Source of the DNA: an uncultured Elusimicrobium sp.
GTDB taxonomy: Bacteria > Elusimicrobiota > Elusimicrobia > Elusimicrobiales > UBA9959
Direction: 5' to 3'
NCBI GenBank assembly: GCA_902783485.1
Contig: CACZRG010000011.1
Span: 1-36,573, forward strand
DNA: 36,573 bases
Both the position numbers and the translations under genes were made by a program. Below the pieces are notes generated by a model. The model saw only the letters and a program-made list of their open reading frames with translations. It did not search any database and was not told the DNA's origin. Below are positions 9,577 through 18,994 of this stretch, in pieces. Each line of letters opens with the position of its first letter. Positions within the stretch are counted from its first letter, which is position 1.

Positions 9577-11210
9577 TTCGCACCGCCTTTATACAGGAAT
9601 TTCACCGGCAGTATATAATCATTGTCCGAGTCCCCGGCTTTTGCTGCGGTTCCGGCAGAAACCTTCTCAAAACCTTCGGCCCTGACAAGAGCATCAGTCC
9701 ATTTCAAAACAATAGCTGGTGTATTGGAGGAAAGCCTGAGTTCCGCGGCAAGTCCTTCATCTTCCGGAGTGACAACAAGCGATGAAACAATAACTCCCGG
9801 AGGAAGCGAGGAAACAAGGAATTTTGTAAGTCCGGAGTAAAGCGCGCGGTTCCTCTTTATCCCCTCCGCCTGCTCCACATAGACAGAAACAGTATCAGCT
9901 TCCTTCTGCAGCATTGCATTCTGCGCCAGATTATCAGCGGTTTCCGCGGCAACAGCTGTCTCCTGCTTTTCCATGGCTTCACTTCTTGCAGCAGCTCCTT
10001 TAATATGCAGAAACAGCACAGCAAGTGCCATCACGGCAAGACATGAATAAAAAAATGTTCTGAAAATAAATCTTATCCGGCGTGCACTGCTGCCATAACC
10101 TGCCGGAAGCATATCAATTCTTGTAAGGTCGGGAAATATGGTAGAGGACAGGGATGCGGCCGAAGCCGGCATAAGAGAATAAAGACCGTCTCCAAAAATC
10201 CTGCTGCTTTTGCCTGACAGATTTTCCGGCGCAGGGAACAGATACACAGGCATTTTAAGTCTCTTCTCAAGGAAGGCTGCCGCGCCTTTATCAGCCGCCG
10301 GACCGCCGGTAAGAAATACAGAGGAAACCTTGACATCGGAAAGATAAACAAATGGGTCTATTTCCTGCAGCAGGGCCTCCATATATTCTTTCTTCGCAGA
10401 AACAGCCGCAGCTTCCTCCCTGCTGAAACGGTTAATCACGGCAAGTTTTTCCTCCTCGGAGACAGGAAGCGGATACCTTTTCTTTATCTCACCGGCTACT
10501 TCCGGCTTTACCCTGAGCAGAGCCCTTATACGTTCATCAGCTGTATCTGATCCGACAGAGACATTCCGGACTGACTCTGCACGTCCAGCCCCGAAAAGGT
10601 ACATGGACGTCTGCTTTCTTCCCATTGTAACGAGAAGATGGTTGTCCTCTATTCTGCCTTTCAGGATACGGCACATTCTCTCAAATGCGAAAACCGCAGG
10701 AATGATCATCACCGGCGCGAGACCGGCCTGCTCCGCAATATTTATTTTCTCCTGAACGGTTTCTTTCTTTGCAGCAGCAAAGACAACACGTGTTCTGGGT
10801 ACTCCGTCATCAGAGATTTCCCCAAGCACATCATAATCTATATACAGATCATCCGTGTTAAAGAACAGCCGGCCGGCCTCTTTTCTGCAGGCAGCCTCAA
10901 AATTCTCTGCCGGCATTCTGTCAATCAGGGAATATGATATTCTTATATCGGTGCCGGACAACAGTATTACAGCATTGCGGCAGCCTATGCCGGATTCCTC
11001 AATATATTCCCGCAGTCTGCCGGAAATTTTTTCAGTTCTCTCATCCTGCGGTTCGCTGCCGGACAGATTAAGCGGAAACGAGCCGCATTCTACAGCTTTT
11101 ATTCTGCCTTTGGATGGTTTTACTCTCGACAGTTTTACGGAATATGCGCCTATATCGACGCCAATTACGCCTCTGGTTTTAAAAATCGCTGATATAATCT
11201 CTGAAATCAT
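9573..11210 (-). CDS. pilM: PilM (actin-like) fused to a PilN-like TM/periplasmic domain
   Basis: IGVDIGAYSVK, YIDYDVLG, AGLAPV, VFLTGGPA (PilM); then RIDMLP (PilN INLLP motif), a TM helix, coiled coil and LPPGVIVSSL. Confidence 0.8.
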   Translation of the reverse strand: MISEIISAIFKTRGVIGVDIGAYSVKLSRVKPSKGRIKAVECGSFPLNLSGSEPQDERTEKISGRLREYIEESGIGCRNAVILLSGTDIRISYSLIDRMPAENFEAACRKEAGRLFFNTDDLYIDYDVLGEISDDGVPRTRVVFAAAKKETVQEKINIAEQAGLAPVMIIPAVFAFERMCRILKGRIEDNHLLVTMGRKQTSMYLFGAGRAESVRNVSVGSDTADERIRALLRVKPEVAGEIKKRYPLPVSEEEKLAVINRFSREEAAAVSAKKEYMEALLQEIDPFVYLSDVKVSSVFLTGGPAADKGAAAFLEKRLKMPVYLFPAPENLSGKSSRIFGDGLYSLMPASAASLSSTIFPDLTRIDMLPAGYGSSARRIRFIFRTFFYSCLAVMALAVLFLHIKGAAARSEAMEKQETAVAAETADNLAQNAMLQKEADTVSVYVEQAEGIKRNRALYSGLTKFLVSSLPPGVIVSSLVVTPEDEGLAAELRLSSNTPAIVLKWTDALVRAEGFEKVSAGTAAKAGDSDNDYILPVKFLYKGGAK

Positions 11211-11390
11211 CGCAAATCCGCTGAACTGAAAATCTTCTTAATTATTATAACATATATTTTTTCCTTTAAGGGCCGTACAATATATTGTATTTTTTATTTA
11301 TATAAATATTTGATTATTTCATTAATATTATGATAATATATTTCTACAAGCCCGGAAGCCTCGCGGCAGACGGCATATATGGAGGAAGTC

Positions 11391-11561
11391 ATGATTATTG
11401 AAAAAACCGAATACAAAGGCCAGCCAGTTCTTATTCTCAAAAGAAACGAGAATGACAAGTATCAGTTTGCCTTCGGTCTCTCCAAAGCGCGCCTCATAAT
11501 TGAGGGCTTTGAGGAAATCAAGAAATTCGTAGAAGAACACGACAAAGAAGAAAAGAAATAA
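11391..11561 (+). CDS. Small conserved-looking hypothetical protein (56 aa)
   Basis: SD GGAGGA at 11381-11386 supports ATG 11391 rather than 11379; followed by a terminator. Confidence 0.75.
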   Translation: MIIEKTEYKGQPVLILKRNENDKYQFAFGLSKARLIIEGFEEIKKFVEEHDKEEKK

Positions 11562-11632
11562 AACTGATTTTTCCGACCTCTTCCAGATACTGCCATGACA
11601 GGCCACGGTGCTCTGTCATGTTATAATTAACC

Positions 11633-11660
11633 AGACCCGGTTTTGAAAACCGGGTTTTTT
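11633..11660 (+). terminator. Intrinsic terminator after the small protein gene
   Basis: ACCCGGTTTT-G-AAAACCGGGT plus T tract. Confidence 0.75.
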
Positions 11661-11698
11661 ATGTAATGGCAAAAAGAAGAAAACAGTTGTTTATATAA

Positions 11699-11729
11699 AG
11701 ACCGCCCGGCAGGCCATGCCGGGCGGTCT
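11699..11729 (-). terminator. Intrinsic terminator for the leftward asd operon
   Basis: AGACCGCCCGGCA-GGCCA-TGCCGGGCGGTCT 13-bp stem. Confidence 0.75.
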
Positions 11730-11750
11730 GATTTAACAAAGCCGGATTTT

Positions 11751-12665
11751 TTATTTTCCGGAAAAACGATATATGGTAAACGCTATATCCCTGACAGCAT
11801 AGAAGAAATCATTTACCTGCTCCGGAGTTTCAGCATTTTTTTCATTAAACACATAAAGCCTGTTCCCGTCGCTTTCAACAGTAAGCCCGGTATGTTTCTC
11901 AAAACAGGCCAGCACCTGCGGAGTAAACACTTTATGAACCTTTACATCAGTAGATGTAAGCCGGTACTGCTCTGAAAAGAAGGGAGCCTCTTCAAAATCA
12001 ATATCGGCACCTGTCATCCTGTCAGCTATTCTTGTGGCGAGTGTTTCAGGGCAGAGCCAGAATTCCGGCATAACCAGGTTTCCGAACTTTATAATGGCCG
12101 CGGAAACACCTTTTAATATTTTCCGTCTGAACCCTTTTTCAAGGTATGTGCCGATAACAATAGTGCGGTCAAAAACCCGGAAACTTATATTTTCAGAATC
12201 AAAACCAACCACATTGGAAATGTATGCCTCCGTATTCTTCATGCTGTACTTAACAGCGAGACCGTTTACCCTGTCCATTATCTCCGTTGTATCAATATTG
12301 GATGCTACCGCACTAAGATACGAGGTCGGCATTGTCAGGCTTTCCAGTAATCCGTTATGACGGTCAGGCCAATGTTCATTTTCAGACCAGAATGGGTCAT
12401 TCTCATCAAAAATCTCAGAATAAGAAAGTCCCTCCTTCTCAGCTATTTCCTTAATGGCAGCAATACGTTTTCTGTCTGCGGATTTAATCTTCACCAGATT
12501 ACATATAACCATTGTCAGTATGGTAATCACCAGACCCGCCACCATTACCGGTCCGGGAGTGCTGGTAATTTTATGTTTGAAGCATATACCGTCCAGAACG
12601 AAGAAAAAAGCCAGGCTGGCAAAACCGGCAACTGACCATATTATCATTTTTATAATTCTTCCCAT
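11751..12665 (-). CDS. Hypothetical membrane protein (2 N-terminal TM helices)
   Basis: 304-aa ORF with two hydrophobic segments and a soluble domain containing DIDFEEAPFFSEQY. Confidence 0.7.
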   Translation of the reverse strand: MGRIIKMIIWSVAGFASLAFFFVLDGICFKHKITSTPGPVMVAGLVITILTMVICNLVKIKSADRKRIAAIKEIAEKEGLSYSEIFDENDPFWSENEHWPDRHNGLLESLTMPTSYLSAVASNIDTTEIMDRVNGLAVKYSMKNTEAYISNVVGFDSENISFRVFDRTIVIGTYLEKGFRRKILKGVSAAIIKFGNLVMPEFWLCPETLATRIADRMTGADIDFEEAPFFSEQYRLTSTDVKVHKVFTPQVLACFEKHTGLTVESDGNRLYVFNEKNAETPEQVNDFFYAVRDIAFTIYRFSGK

Positions 12666-12696
12666 GTACTCAAACCAGTCCTATTCAGTCTTTTTC

Positions 12697-13710
12697 TCAA
12701 AGCATATTGTGTTCAAGCAGATATTCGGCTATCTGCACAGAATTGAGAGCGGCTCCCTTATAAAGATTGTCAGAAACAGTCCACAGCTGAAATTCGTTTT
12801 CTGCTGTTTCCGCAGCACGCAGTCTGCCGGCATATACAATGTCCGTTCTGGTACCATATTTAAGCGGTGTGGGATAATCTTCCGGTTTCGGAAAGAACTT
12901 AAGCCCGGGAGTAGCAAGCAGAGCCTGTTTCAGTTCCTGGATTTTCCATGGTTTTTCTGTCACAGCCCATATGCCAAGTGAATGACCGCGCATTACCGGC
13001 ACGCGCACGGTAACGGAACTGACCTTCATATCAGGAGCATTCAGTATTTTTTTCAGTTCCGCTGCAACTTTTCTTTCCTCCGAGCAGAATCCTTCCTCAT
13101 CAAAACCGCCTACCTGCGGAAAAAGATTGAACAGCATTGGATGCGGGAAAACACCTTTTTCCTTAGGCATTTTCTGCGTTTTTACATATTCCTGTGTTTC
13201 ATTCTCAAGCTGCCTGAGAGCCTCGCGGCCTGCGCCGCATACTGCCTGGTATGAGGCAATCCTTATCTGCTTTATATTGAAACGCCGGTGTATTTCAGCA
13301 AGTGATACGGCCGCGCCGGTTATGGTACAGTTAGGCCCGGCTACAAGCCTGCTTTCAGCGGAAAGAACATCTCCATTAACTTCCGGAATACACAGAGGGA
13401 CATCTTCCGCAAGACGGTAATAAGAGGAATCGTCTATACAGCGCACCCCGGCTTCTGCGAGAGTTCTGGCGAACTTCGCGGAAACTTCGTCCATGGACAC
13501 AAAAAAAACCAGTCCTGCCTTTTTAAGCGCCTCAAGAGATGGCGCCTCACATTTATATATCCGGCCTCTGAAAACGGCCTGTGCCGGCTTTCTGCCGGAA
13601 CTGAAAGGGTAAAATTCACCGGCAGGGAACTTTCTTTCCTCAAGCAGGCCGAGAAGTTCCCTTCCAACCATTCCGGAGGCGCCCACAACCGCTATATCAA
13701 TTTTTTTCAT
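12697..13710 (-). CDS. asd: Aspartate-semialdehyde dehydrogenase
   Basis: IAVVGASGMVGREL, catalytic GPNCT, YQAVCGAG, VRVPVMRGHS, DNLYKGAALNSVQIAE. Confidence 0.95.
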   Translation of the reverse strand: MKKIDIAVVGASGMVGRELLGLLEERKFPAGEFYPFSSGRKPAQAVFRGRIYKCEAPSLEALKKAGLVFFVSMDEVSAKFARTLAEAGVRCIDDSSYYRLAEDVPLCIPEVNGDVLSAESRLVAGPNCTITGAAVSLAEIHRRFNIKQIRIASYQAVCGAGREALRQLENETQEYVKTQKMPKEKGVFPHPMLFNLFPQVGGFDEEGFCSEERKVAAELKKILNAPDMKVSSVTVRVPVMRGHSLGIWAVTEKPWKIQELKQALLATPGLKFFPKPEDYPTPLKYGTRTDIVYAGRLRAAETAENEFQLWTVSDNLYKGAALNSVQIAEYLLEHNML

Positions 13711-13732
13711 TGTATTTTTTCCCCGTAAGGCT

Positions 13733-14725
13733 TTATTCGCCTTTCTTCATGGCAGGAATCTTTATGGCATTGGAATAGCCTATATTTTCCAGTGAGTCAA
13801 CAGCAGCGGCACGTATATAATACATACTCGTTGACAGTTCACCTCTGCTGAAGGAACGGAAATATGGCGCACGGAAGAAATAACGTCCCACGCGCTGCCA
13901 GTCAAATTTATCGTATGATATTTCCAGCCACGCTGCGCGCACATCCTCACCTACAGCCGTAAAAAATGTATCTATCTGTTCATCGCTTACCTGGGCGTAA
14001 AAGCCCTTTATGACCACTTTAAAGTCATTCTGCGGTACAAGTTTTATGGCTATGGCGGGTTTTAATCCGGAAACAGGAGTTTCCAGCGCTGTTTCACCTG
14101 ACGGTGGCGCACCCTTTATTGAGCGGGTAAGCCACACATTTTCCATACCGTCATCACTCATTGCAGCTGCCACTATGGGCGCGGAGGACGATGTAACAAA
14201 ATCCTTGCCGGAAGACCATAAGGCTATGTAATTGTTATCGGTTTTTGAAACCTTGGATATAGGCACAGGTGTCCAGAACCACTGCGCGGAATCAACACCT
14301 TCAAGATAATCTCCGGGAAGCGGCTCAAGAGGCAGATCCTTCGCATCGGCAAGCACATACGAGTGCTCGGAGTTGAAGGAATATGTATTGTTTATGGCCA
14401 TATGTATTTTGCCCGGTATAGGAGTGCTGTCCCAGGAATTAGGCCATGATTTTATCTTTGCCCGGCCCAGCTTGGCCCCAAGATAGGCTTTTTTATATCC
14501 GGATGTATTTATGGGAGGAAGCTGTATTGTCCAGCAGTTATTGTATCCCACATACCAGTCCGCGTGAAATCCTCCGTCAGCATACAGAAAAAATTTTGAA
14601 AGATTGTTCTCGGCGGCTACATAAGCCGGTGTGGGAGAAGCGGCAAAAACTCCCTTCCCCTCCTGGGCAGAAGCTACTGAATGAAAAACAAGACCTGTCA
14701 GAAACGCCAGAATAATTTTTTTCAT
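13733..14725 (-). CDS. Hypothetical secreted beta-rich protein
   Basis: SD AAGGAG precedes ATG 14725; signal peptide MKKIILAFLTGLVFHSVASA-Q; 13 nt after the parB stop. Confidence 0.75.
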   Translation of the reverse strand: MKKIILAFLTGLVFHSVASAQEGKGVFAASPTPAYVAAENNLSKFFLYADGGFHADWYVGYNNCWTIQLPPINTSGYKKAYLGAKLGRAKIKSWPNSWDSTPIPGKIHMAINNTYSFNSEHSYVLADAKDLPLEPLPGDYLEGVDSAQWFWTPVPISKVSKTDNNYIALWSSGKDFVTSSSAPIVAAAMSDDGMENVWLTRSIKGAPPSGETALETPVSGLKPAIAIKLVPQNDFKVVIKGFYAQVSDEQIDTFFTAVGEDVRAAWLEISYDKFDWQRVGRYFFRAPYFRSFSRGELSTSMYYIRAAAVDSLENIGYSNAIKIPAMKKGE

Positions 14726-14738
14726 TTTAATTCTCCTT

Positions 14739-16031
14739 TTATTTCTGCACAATGGAAGTAATACGCTCAAAATCATCGAGCGAGTAATAACTGATGACTA
14801 TTTTCCCTTTCTTGCCGTTTGAGCCGGGACGTATCTCAACCTTCGACCCGAAATGCTGCGAAAGAACAGTCTGCATATTAATTATTTCCGGAGCCTTTCC
14901 CCGGTGCGGATTGTCCTGAACCTGCGCATTCTGCGGAAGTTCATAATGATAATTCTGTGCTATGGCCTCAACTTCGCGCACGGAAAGATTTTCTGCGACT
15001 ATGCGCTGAAAAACCTCCTGACGTCTGGCTTTGTCAGGTATGGAAAGCAGTGCCCTGGCATGACCCTCACTTATAAGTCCGGACCGCACTGCGTTTCTTA
15101 TATTTTCATCAAGTTCCATCAGCCGTAGTGTATTTGAAACAGCAGCACGCGATTTTCCAACAGTTCTTGAAATTTCCGCCTGACTTATGCCGAAATGATT
15201 TATAAGCTGCTGATATGCCATCGCGGTGTCTATGGCATTGAGATCCTCACGCTGAATATTCTCTATAAGAGCGAATTCAAGTTTTTTCTCGTCTGAAAGA
15301 TTCTCGCGGACTATGGCATCTATTTCCTTAAGCCCGGCAAGTTTTGCCGCACGTGTACGGCGTTCGCCGGCTATTATCTCGTAATAATCCCGGTCGGAAT
15401 CCTTCCATACGGTTATAGGCTGCAGCAGGCCACTTGTTTTTATGGACTCGGCCAGTTCCTGAAGTGCAGTCTCGTCAAATTTACGACGTGGCTGATACAT
15501 GTTCGGACGGATTCTGTCAAGAGGAATTTTTATAACGTTCTCCCCGTCCGCAGTCACTTTGGATTCCACAGATTCCGTATTGACATTTGCCGTAATTACA
15601 CCCACTGATTCCACGGCAGCAGACAACGGCTGCATTTTTTCTGACACATCTTTTCCTGTTTGTTTTCCCACTACAGATTTTTCTTCGGGGACAATTGTTT
15701 GGTTTTCATACTGTGTCTCCGGTTTGTTTTCATATGCAGGAATATCTGTTTCTGCCGGATAAACAACTGTTACACCTTCATTATCTTTTTTAGCTGAAAC
15801 AGGATTTTTTTCCGCCTTGTATGAAAGATCTGGAACTGTTTTTTCTGCCTTAACAGTCTGCTCTTCCGTATCAATTACAGGTTCTCTTACTGTTTCAGCA
15901 GATTTAATGCTTTTTTCTGCAGGATTCTTTTTATTATCAGCATTGTCCTTTTTTTCCGGCTGTTCTTTTACTTTCAGCTTCAAAGGAATGTAAAACGCAT
16001 CCATGCCTCGTCCTAAAACTTTTTTTGCCAT
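14739..16031 (-). CDS. parB: ParB/Spo0J chromosome partition CTPase with a long N-terminal linker
   Basis: LGRGM N-peptide, PNMYQPRRKF, GLLQPI, IIAGERRTRA, LIENIQREDL, HTH GKSRAAVSNTLRL, GHARALL. Confidence 0.95.
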   Translation of the reverse strand: MAKKVLGRGMDAFYIPLKLKVKEQPEKKDNADNKKNPAEKSIKSAETVREPVIDTEEQTVKAEKTVPDLSYKAEKNPVSAKKDNEGVTVVYPAETDIPAYENKPETQYENQTIVPEEKSVVGKQTGKDVSEKMQPLSAAVESVGVITANVNTESVESKVTADGENVIKIPLDRIRPNMYQPRRKFDETALQELAESIKTSGLLQPITVWKDSDRDYYEIIAGERRTRAAKLAGLKEIDAIVRENLSDEKKLEFALIENIQREDLNAIDTAMAYQQLINHFGISQAEISRTVGKSRAAVSNTLRLMELDENIRNAVRSGLISEGHARALLSIPDKARRQEVFQRIVAENLSVREVEAIAQNYHYELPQNAQVQDNPHRGKAPEIINMQTVLSQHFGSKVEIRPGSNGKKGKIVISYYSLDDFERITSIVQK

Positions 16032-16040
16032 GATATATCC

Positions 16041-16931
16041 TTATTTTTTCCTGTTTTTGAAAATTTTATGGATTTTAACAAAGAACTCTTTACCCCAGCT
16101 GTCTTCGCCTTTATATCCGCTGCCTGAACCAAGATTAATTACGGCCTTTTTATACGGCTTTATATCAAGTCCACGACGGGAAAGAAATTCAAGCGCAAAA
16201 TCCTTGTACGCCTTTGCGCCACGCGATGCATGGTCATACATAAAAATTGACTGTCCGAAACTTGGGGCTTCCGCAAGACTCACATTTCTTGGTATAACAG
16301 TTTTATACATTTTATCGCCGTAAAATCTGCTTATTTCCTCACGGACCTGATTTGCCAGATTTATGCGGGAATCAAACATCGTTATAAGTCCGCCGTCAAC
16401 CTTCAGATCAGGATTCATATACTCATTTATCTTCGAGACAGTATTGATAAAATAGGCCAGACCTTCCATTGAATAATACTCACACTGCACTGGTGTTATT
16501 ACAGAATCTGAAGCGTTCAGGGCATTAAGACTAAGCAGCCCCAATGACGGGGGACAGTCTATAATGATGAACCTGTACATATCTTTTATTTCTTCAATAG
16601 CCTTCTTGAGAAAGAACTCGCGTTCGTCCTGGTCCACAAGCTCTATTTCGGCCCCGGCAAGATTACGGCTCGTAGGCATTACATCAAGCCATTCAACGGA
16701 AGATCTGTAAATTGCCTCTGACGCCTTACAGTTTCCACAGAGGACATCGTAAACATTATTGCCATTCCCAGCGGTCTCAACACCGAGACCGGAAGTGGTG
16801 TTGCTCTGAGGGTCAAAATCTATAAGAAGCGTCTCAAAATTCAGCACCGCCAGTGCCACAGCAAGATTCATAGAGGTAGTGGTTTTACCCACACCGCCTT
16901 TCTGATTGGCTATTGAGATTATTTCAGCCAT
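16041..16931 (-). CDS. parA: ParA/Soj ATPase with a C-terminal extension
   Basis: NQKGGVGKTTT, IDFDPQSN, IIDCPPSLG, PVQCEYYSMEG, IPRNVSLAEAPSFG. Confidence 0.95.
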   Translation of the reverse strand: MAEIISIANQKGGVGKTTTSMNLAVALAVLNFETLLIDFDPQSNTTSGLGVETAGNGNNVYDVLCGNCKASEAIYRSSVEWLDVMPTSRNLAGAEIELVDQDEREFFLKKAIEEIKDMYRFIIIDCPPSLGLLSLNALNASDSVITPVQCEYYSMEGLAYFINTVSKINEYMNPDLKVDGGLITMFDSRINLANQVREEISRFYGDKMYKTVIPRNVSLAEAPSFGQSIFMYDHASRGAKAYKDFALEFLSRRGLDIKPYKKAVINLGSGSGYKGEDSWGKEFFVKIHKIFKNRKK

Positions 16932-16981
16932 TTAAATTCTCCGAATACTGCAAAAAATTTCAGGAAAGCCCTGACTTATTA

Positions 16982-17011
16982 ATTATATAGATATTTTAAA
17001 TATAGTGTCAA
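16982..17011 (-). promoter_or_regulatory. Sigma70-type promoter of parAB
   Basis: Minus strand TTGACA (17011-17006), 18-nt spacer, TATAAT (16987-16982), ~50 nt upstream of parA. Confidence 0.8.
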
Positions 17012-17549
17012 CGAAGGCAGGACCTGAATACACGGGACATTTCGGTATTTCTGTGTCCGTACCCGAAATTATGAACAAAAATGCCATTTAGGGCAAATAA
17101 AAAAACAGCAGGCAGGATTTCGCTGCATTTACTTTCTTGTAAACATTGTTGACATAAAGTAATGTAAAAAGTCAATAACTTTGCTCTGTTTAAACATTTC
17201 CATGCAAAAAATAATGATTGTTATTTCATTTGGTTAACATAAGTTTTATATAAATTATTTAATAATCTGTCTATGTGTAAAGGTGAAACTGAACAATATA
17301 TAAGAATTTTTGAAAAGATTATTTTTTCATAACAAAAATCTTCAAAATCAGATTTATAATTTTTTAATCTTTTACTGCATATATAGAGATTTTTTTCAAT
17401 ATTTTTTAGAAACACACTTATCTTTGCATAACATTAGCTCTTTAAGAAATATTGCTTCTTAGCAGATAATTTTACCTTAATAATTTTAACAAAATGTTTT
17501 AAATAGTTAAAAATAACACAAGGGAGACATGTTGCTTTTTTCAAATTAT

Positions 17550-17567
17550 TGTTTTCACGTGAAAACA
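17550..17567. promoter_or_regulatory. parS-like palindrome 1 (TGTTTTCACGTGAAAACA)
   Basis: Perfect 18-bp palindrome sharing the TTTCACGTGAAA core with canonical parS; near parAB. Confidence 0.8.
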
Positions 17568-17893
17568 TATACATATTTAAAAACAAGATAACCAACATTT
17601 GTTATGTAAAAAACATTGAATCCAGATTATTGTATCATACTGAAATTAATTCTCTTATCTTTATGTTTTAATTATTTTCTGAAATTATTTCAGGATGGCA
17701 AAACAAATATTGTTACCATTTATAAATATACAGTACCGATATTATATAGACAGTTTAAATTAATATTTTACTCATTTCAAACAAATTTAACAATAAGCAA
17801 AAAAAACAAATCAACCATAAATCTTTTAAATAAAACACAATCATTATTAAAGTTGATAAAATATTTTATTATAATACACTTAAACATTTTAAA

Positions 17894-17911
17894 TGTTTTC
17901 ACGTGAAAATA
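17894..17911. promoter_or_regulatory. parS-like palindrome 2 (TGTTTTCACGTGAAAATA)
   Basis: One mismatch to the 18-mer. Confidence 0.75.
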
Positions 17912-18295
17912 TAATTATTTAACAGTTCTGTCAAAGAGAAGTATTGACACAAATAAACAAAACCCACAGGTATTAAATAATCGTACTAATCATATTTCTG
18001 GATTTCATTAAGTCGTAGAGATAATGAAATAAATTCAGCATGATAAATAACATTATTTTTAATTTTTTCATAAAGAAATGTTTAATATTATAATAATTAC
18101 TTATTAATAGGATTGATACTGTATTATTTACAAAAAAACAAACACATTTGTTCTTAGAAATTAGTTCCCGGATATTATTACACATACAGATATTATAATC
18201 AATTTATGACATTACTATATCATTAAAATAATCCTTATTGTATACGTAAATTGTAAAAATATTAACAAATCACAGATACATTTTTCATTTAATAC

Positions 18296-18313
18296 TGTTT
18301 TCACGTGAAAACA
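18296..18313. promoter_or_regulatory. parS-like palindrome 3
   Basis: Perfect TGTTTTCACGTGAAAACA. Confidence 0.8.
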
Positions 18314-18653
18314 TTTCATTTTCTATATTACATTTTATATATGATACACCCGTTACAAATAAAAAACAATCCCTAATATTAATTTTATATATTTGACATG
18401 CTCTTTTAGAAATATCTATACTACATATTACATAAATGCAACAGTGTCATAACAAATTTATCTCAGAATTTCATTATGCATAGGAATGATGAAACAAACA
18501 GGGATAACGGGTGAATTCTAAAATTAACACCATTCTTTTATAGTATTAATTCGTACTCTATAAATACTTATATATGACCAAATCAAATTAATTTAATTTA
18601 TTTACAAACATTTTTTATCCTTAATTTATCTTTATAAAACAATATTTACACAA

Positions 18654-18671
18654 TGTTTTCACGTGAAAACA
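18654..18671. promoter_or_regulatory. parS-like palindrome 4
   Basis: Perfect 18-mer; the palindrome extends to 22 bp (18652-18673). Confidence 0.8.
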
Positions 18672-18922
18672 TTTAGCAACATACATAATTCATATTATAA
18701 TTAAACACTATCATAATTCTCACTTAATTAAATTTATATTCTAAAATTATTCCTATTTTGTTTCATTATTTTAAACATATTATTTTACTTAATTATTTAA
18801 CATTTCCTTCAAATAGCTGTTTATAAAATTACAATAATACAAGTTATTATTCCTTTGTCTATAGTTTGATAAAGAAATTTTGCATTAAACAATGCATTTT
18901 CTGACAATATTTAATAATTTAT

Positions 18923-18940
18923 TGTTTTCACGTGAAAACG
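18923..18940. promoter_or_regulatory. parS-like palindrome 5 (TGTTTTCACGTGAAAACG)
   Basis: One terminal mismatch. Confidence 0.75.
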
Positions 18941-18962
18941 TTTATATAACTTATCAAACCAT

Positions 18963-18994
18963 TTATTGACAAATTATAAACAAAATGTTAATAA
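18963..18994. promoter_or_regulatory. Triad of DnaA-box-like 9-mers (TTATNNACA)
   Basis: TTATTGACA-aa-TTATAAACA-aaa-TGTTAATAA; same arrangement as 29832-29863 (inverted). Confidence 0.55.

Noticed and set aside
14726-14776. Longer ORF-track starts (14776, 11379, 31855, 35063)
   Set aside because: Downstream ATGs have clear SD sequences and/or proper signal or TM N-termini
17221-18185. Short ORFs in the AT-rich tract (17221-17415, 17616-17906, 17973-18185)
   Set aside because: GTG/TTG or SD-less starts and I/K/N/F-biased composition typical of spurious ORFs in AT-rich DNA
17550-18940. CRISPR array interpretation of the repeated palindrome
   Set aside because: Repeats are 18 bp with 250-385-bp variable gaps, there are no cas genes, and the core matches parS
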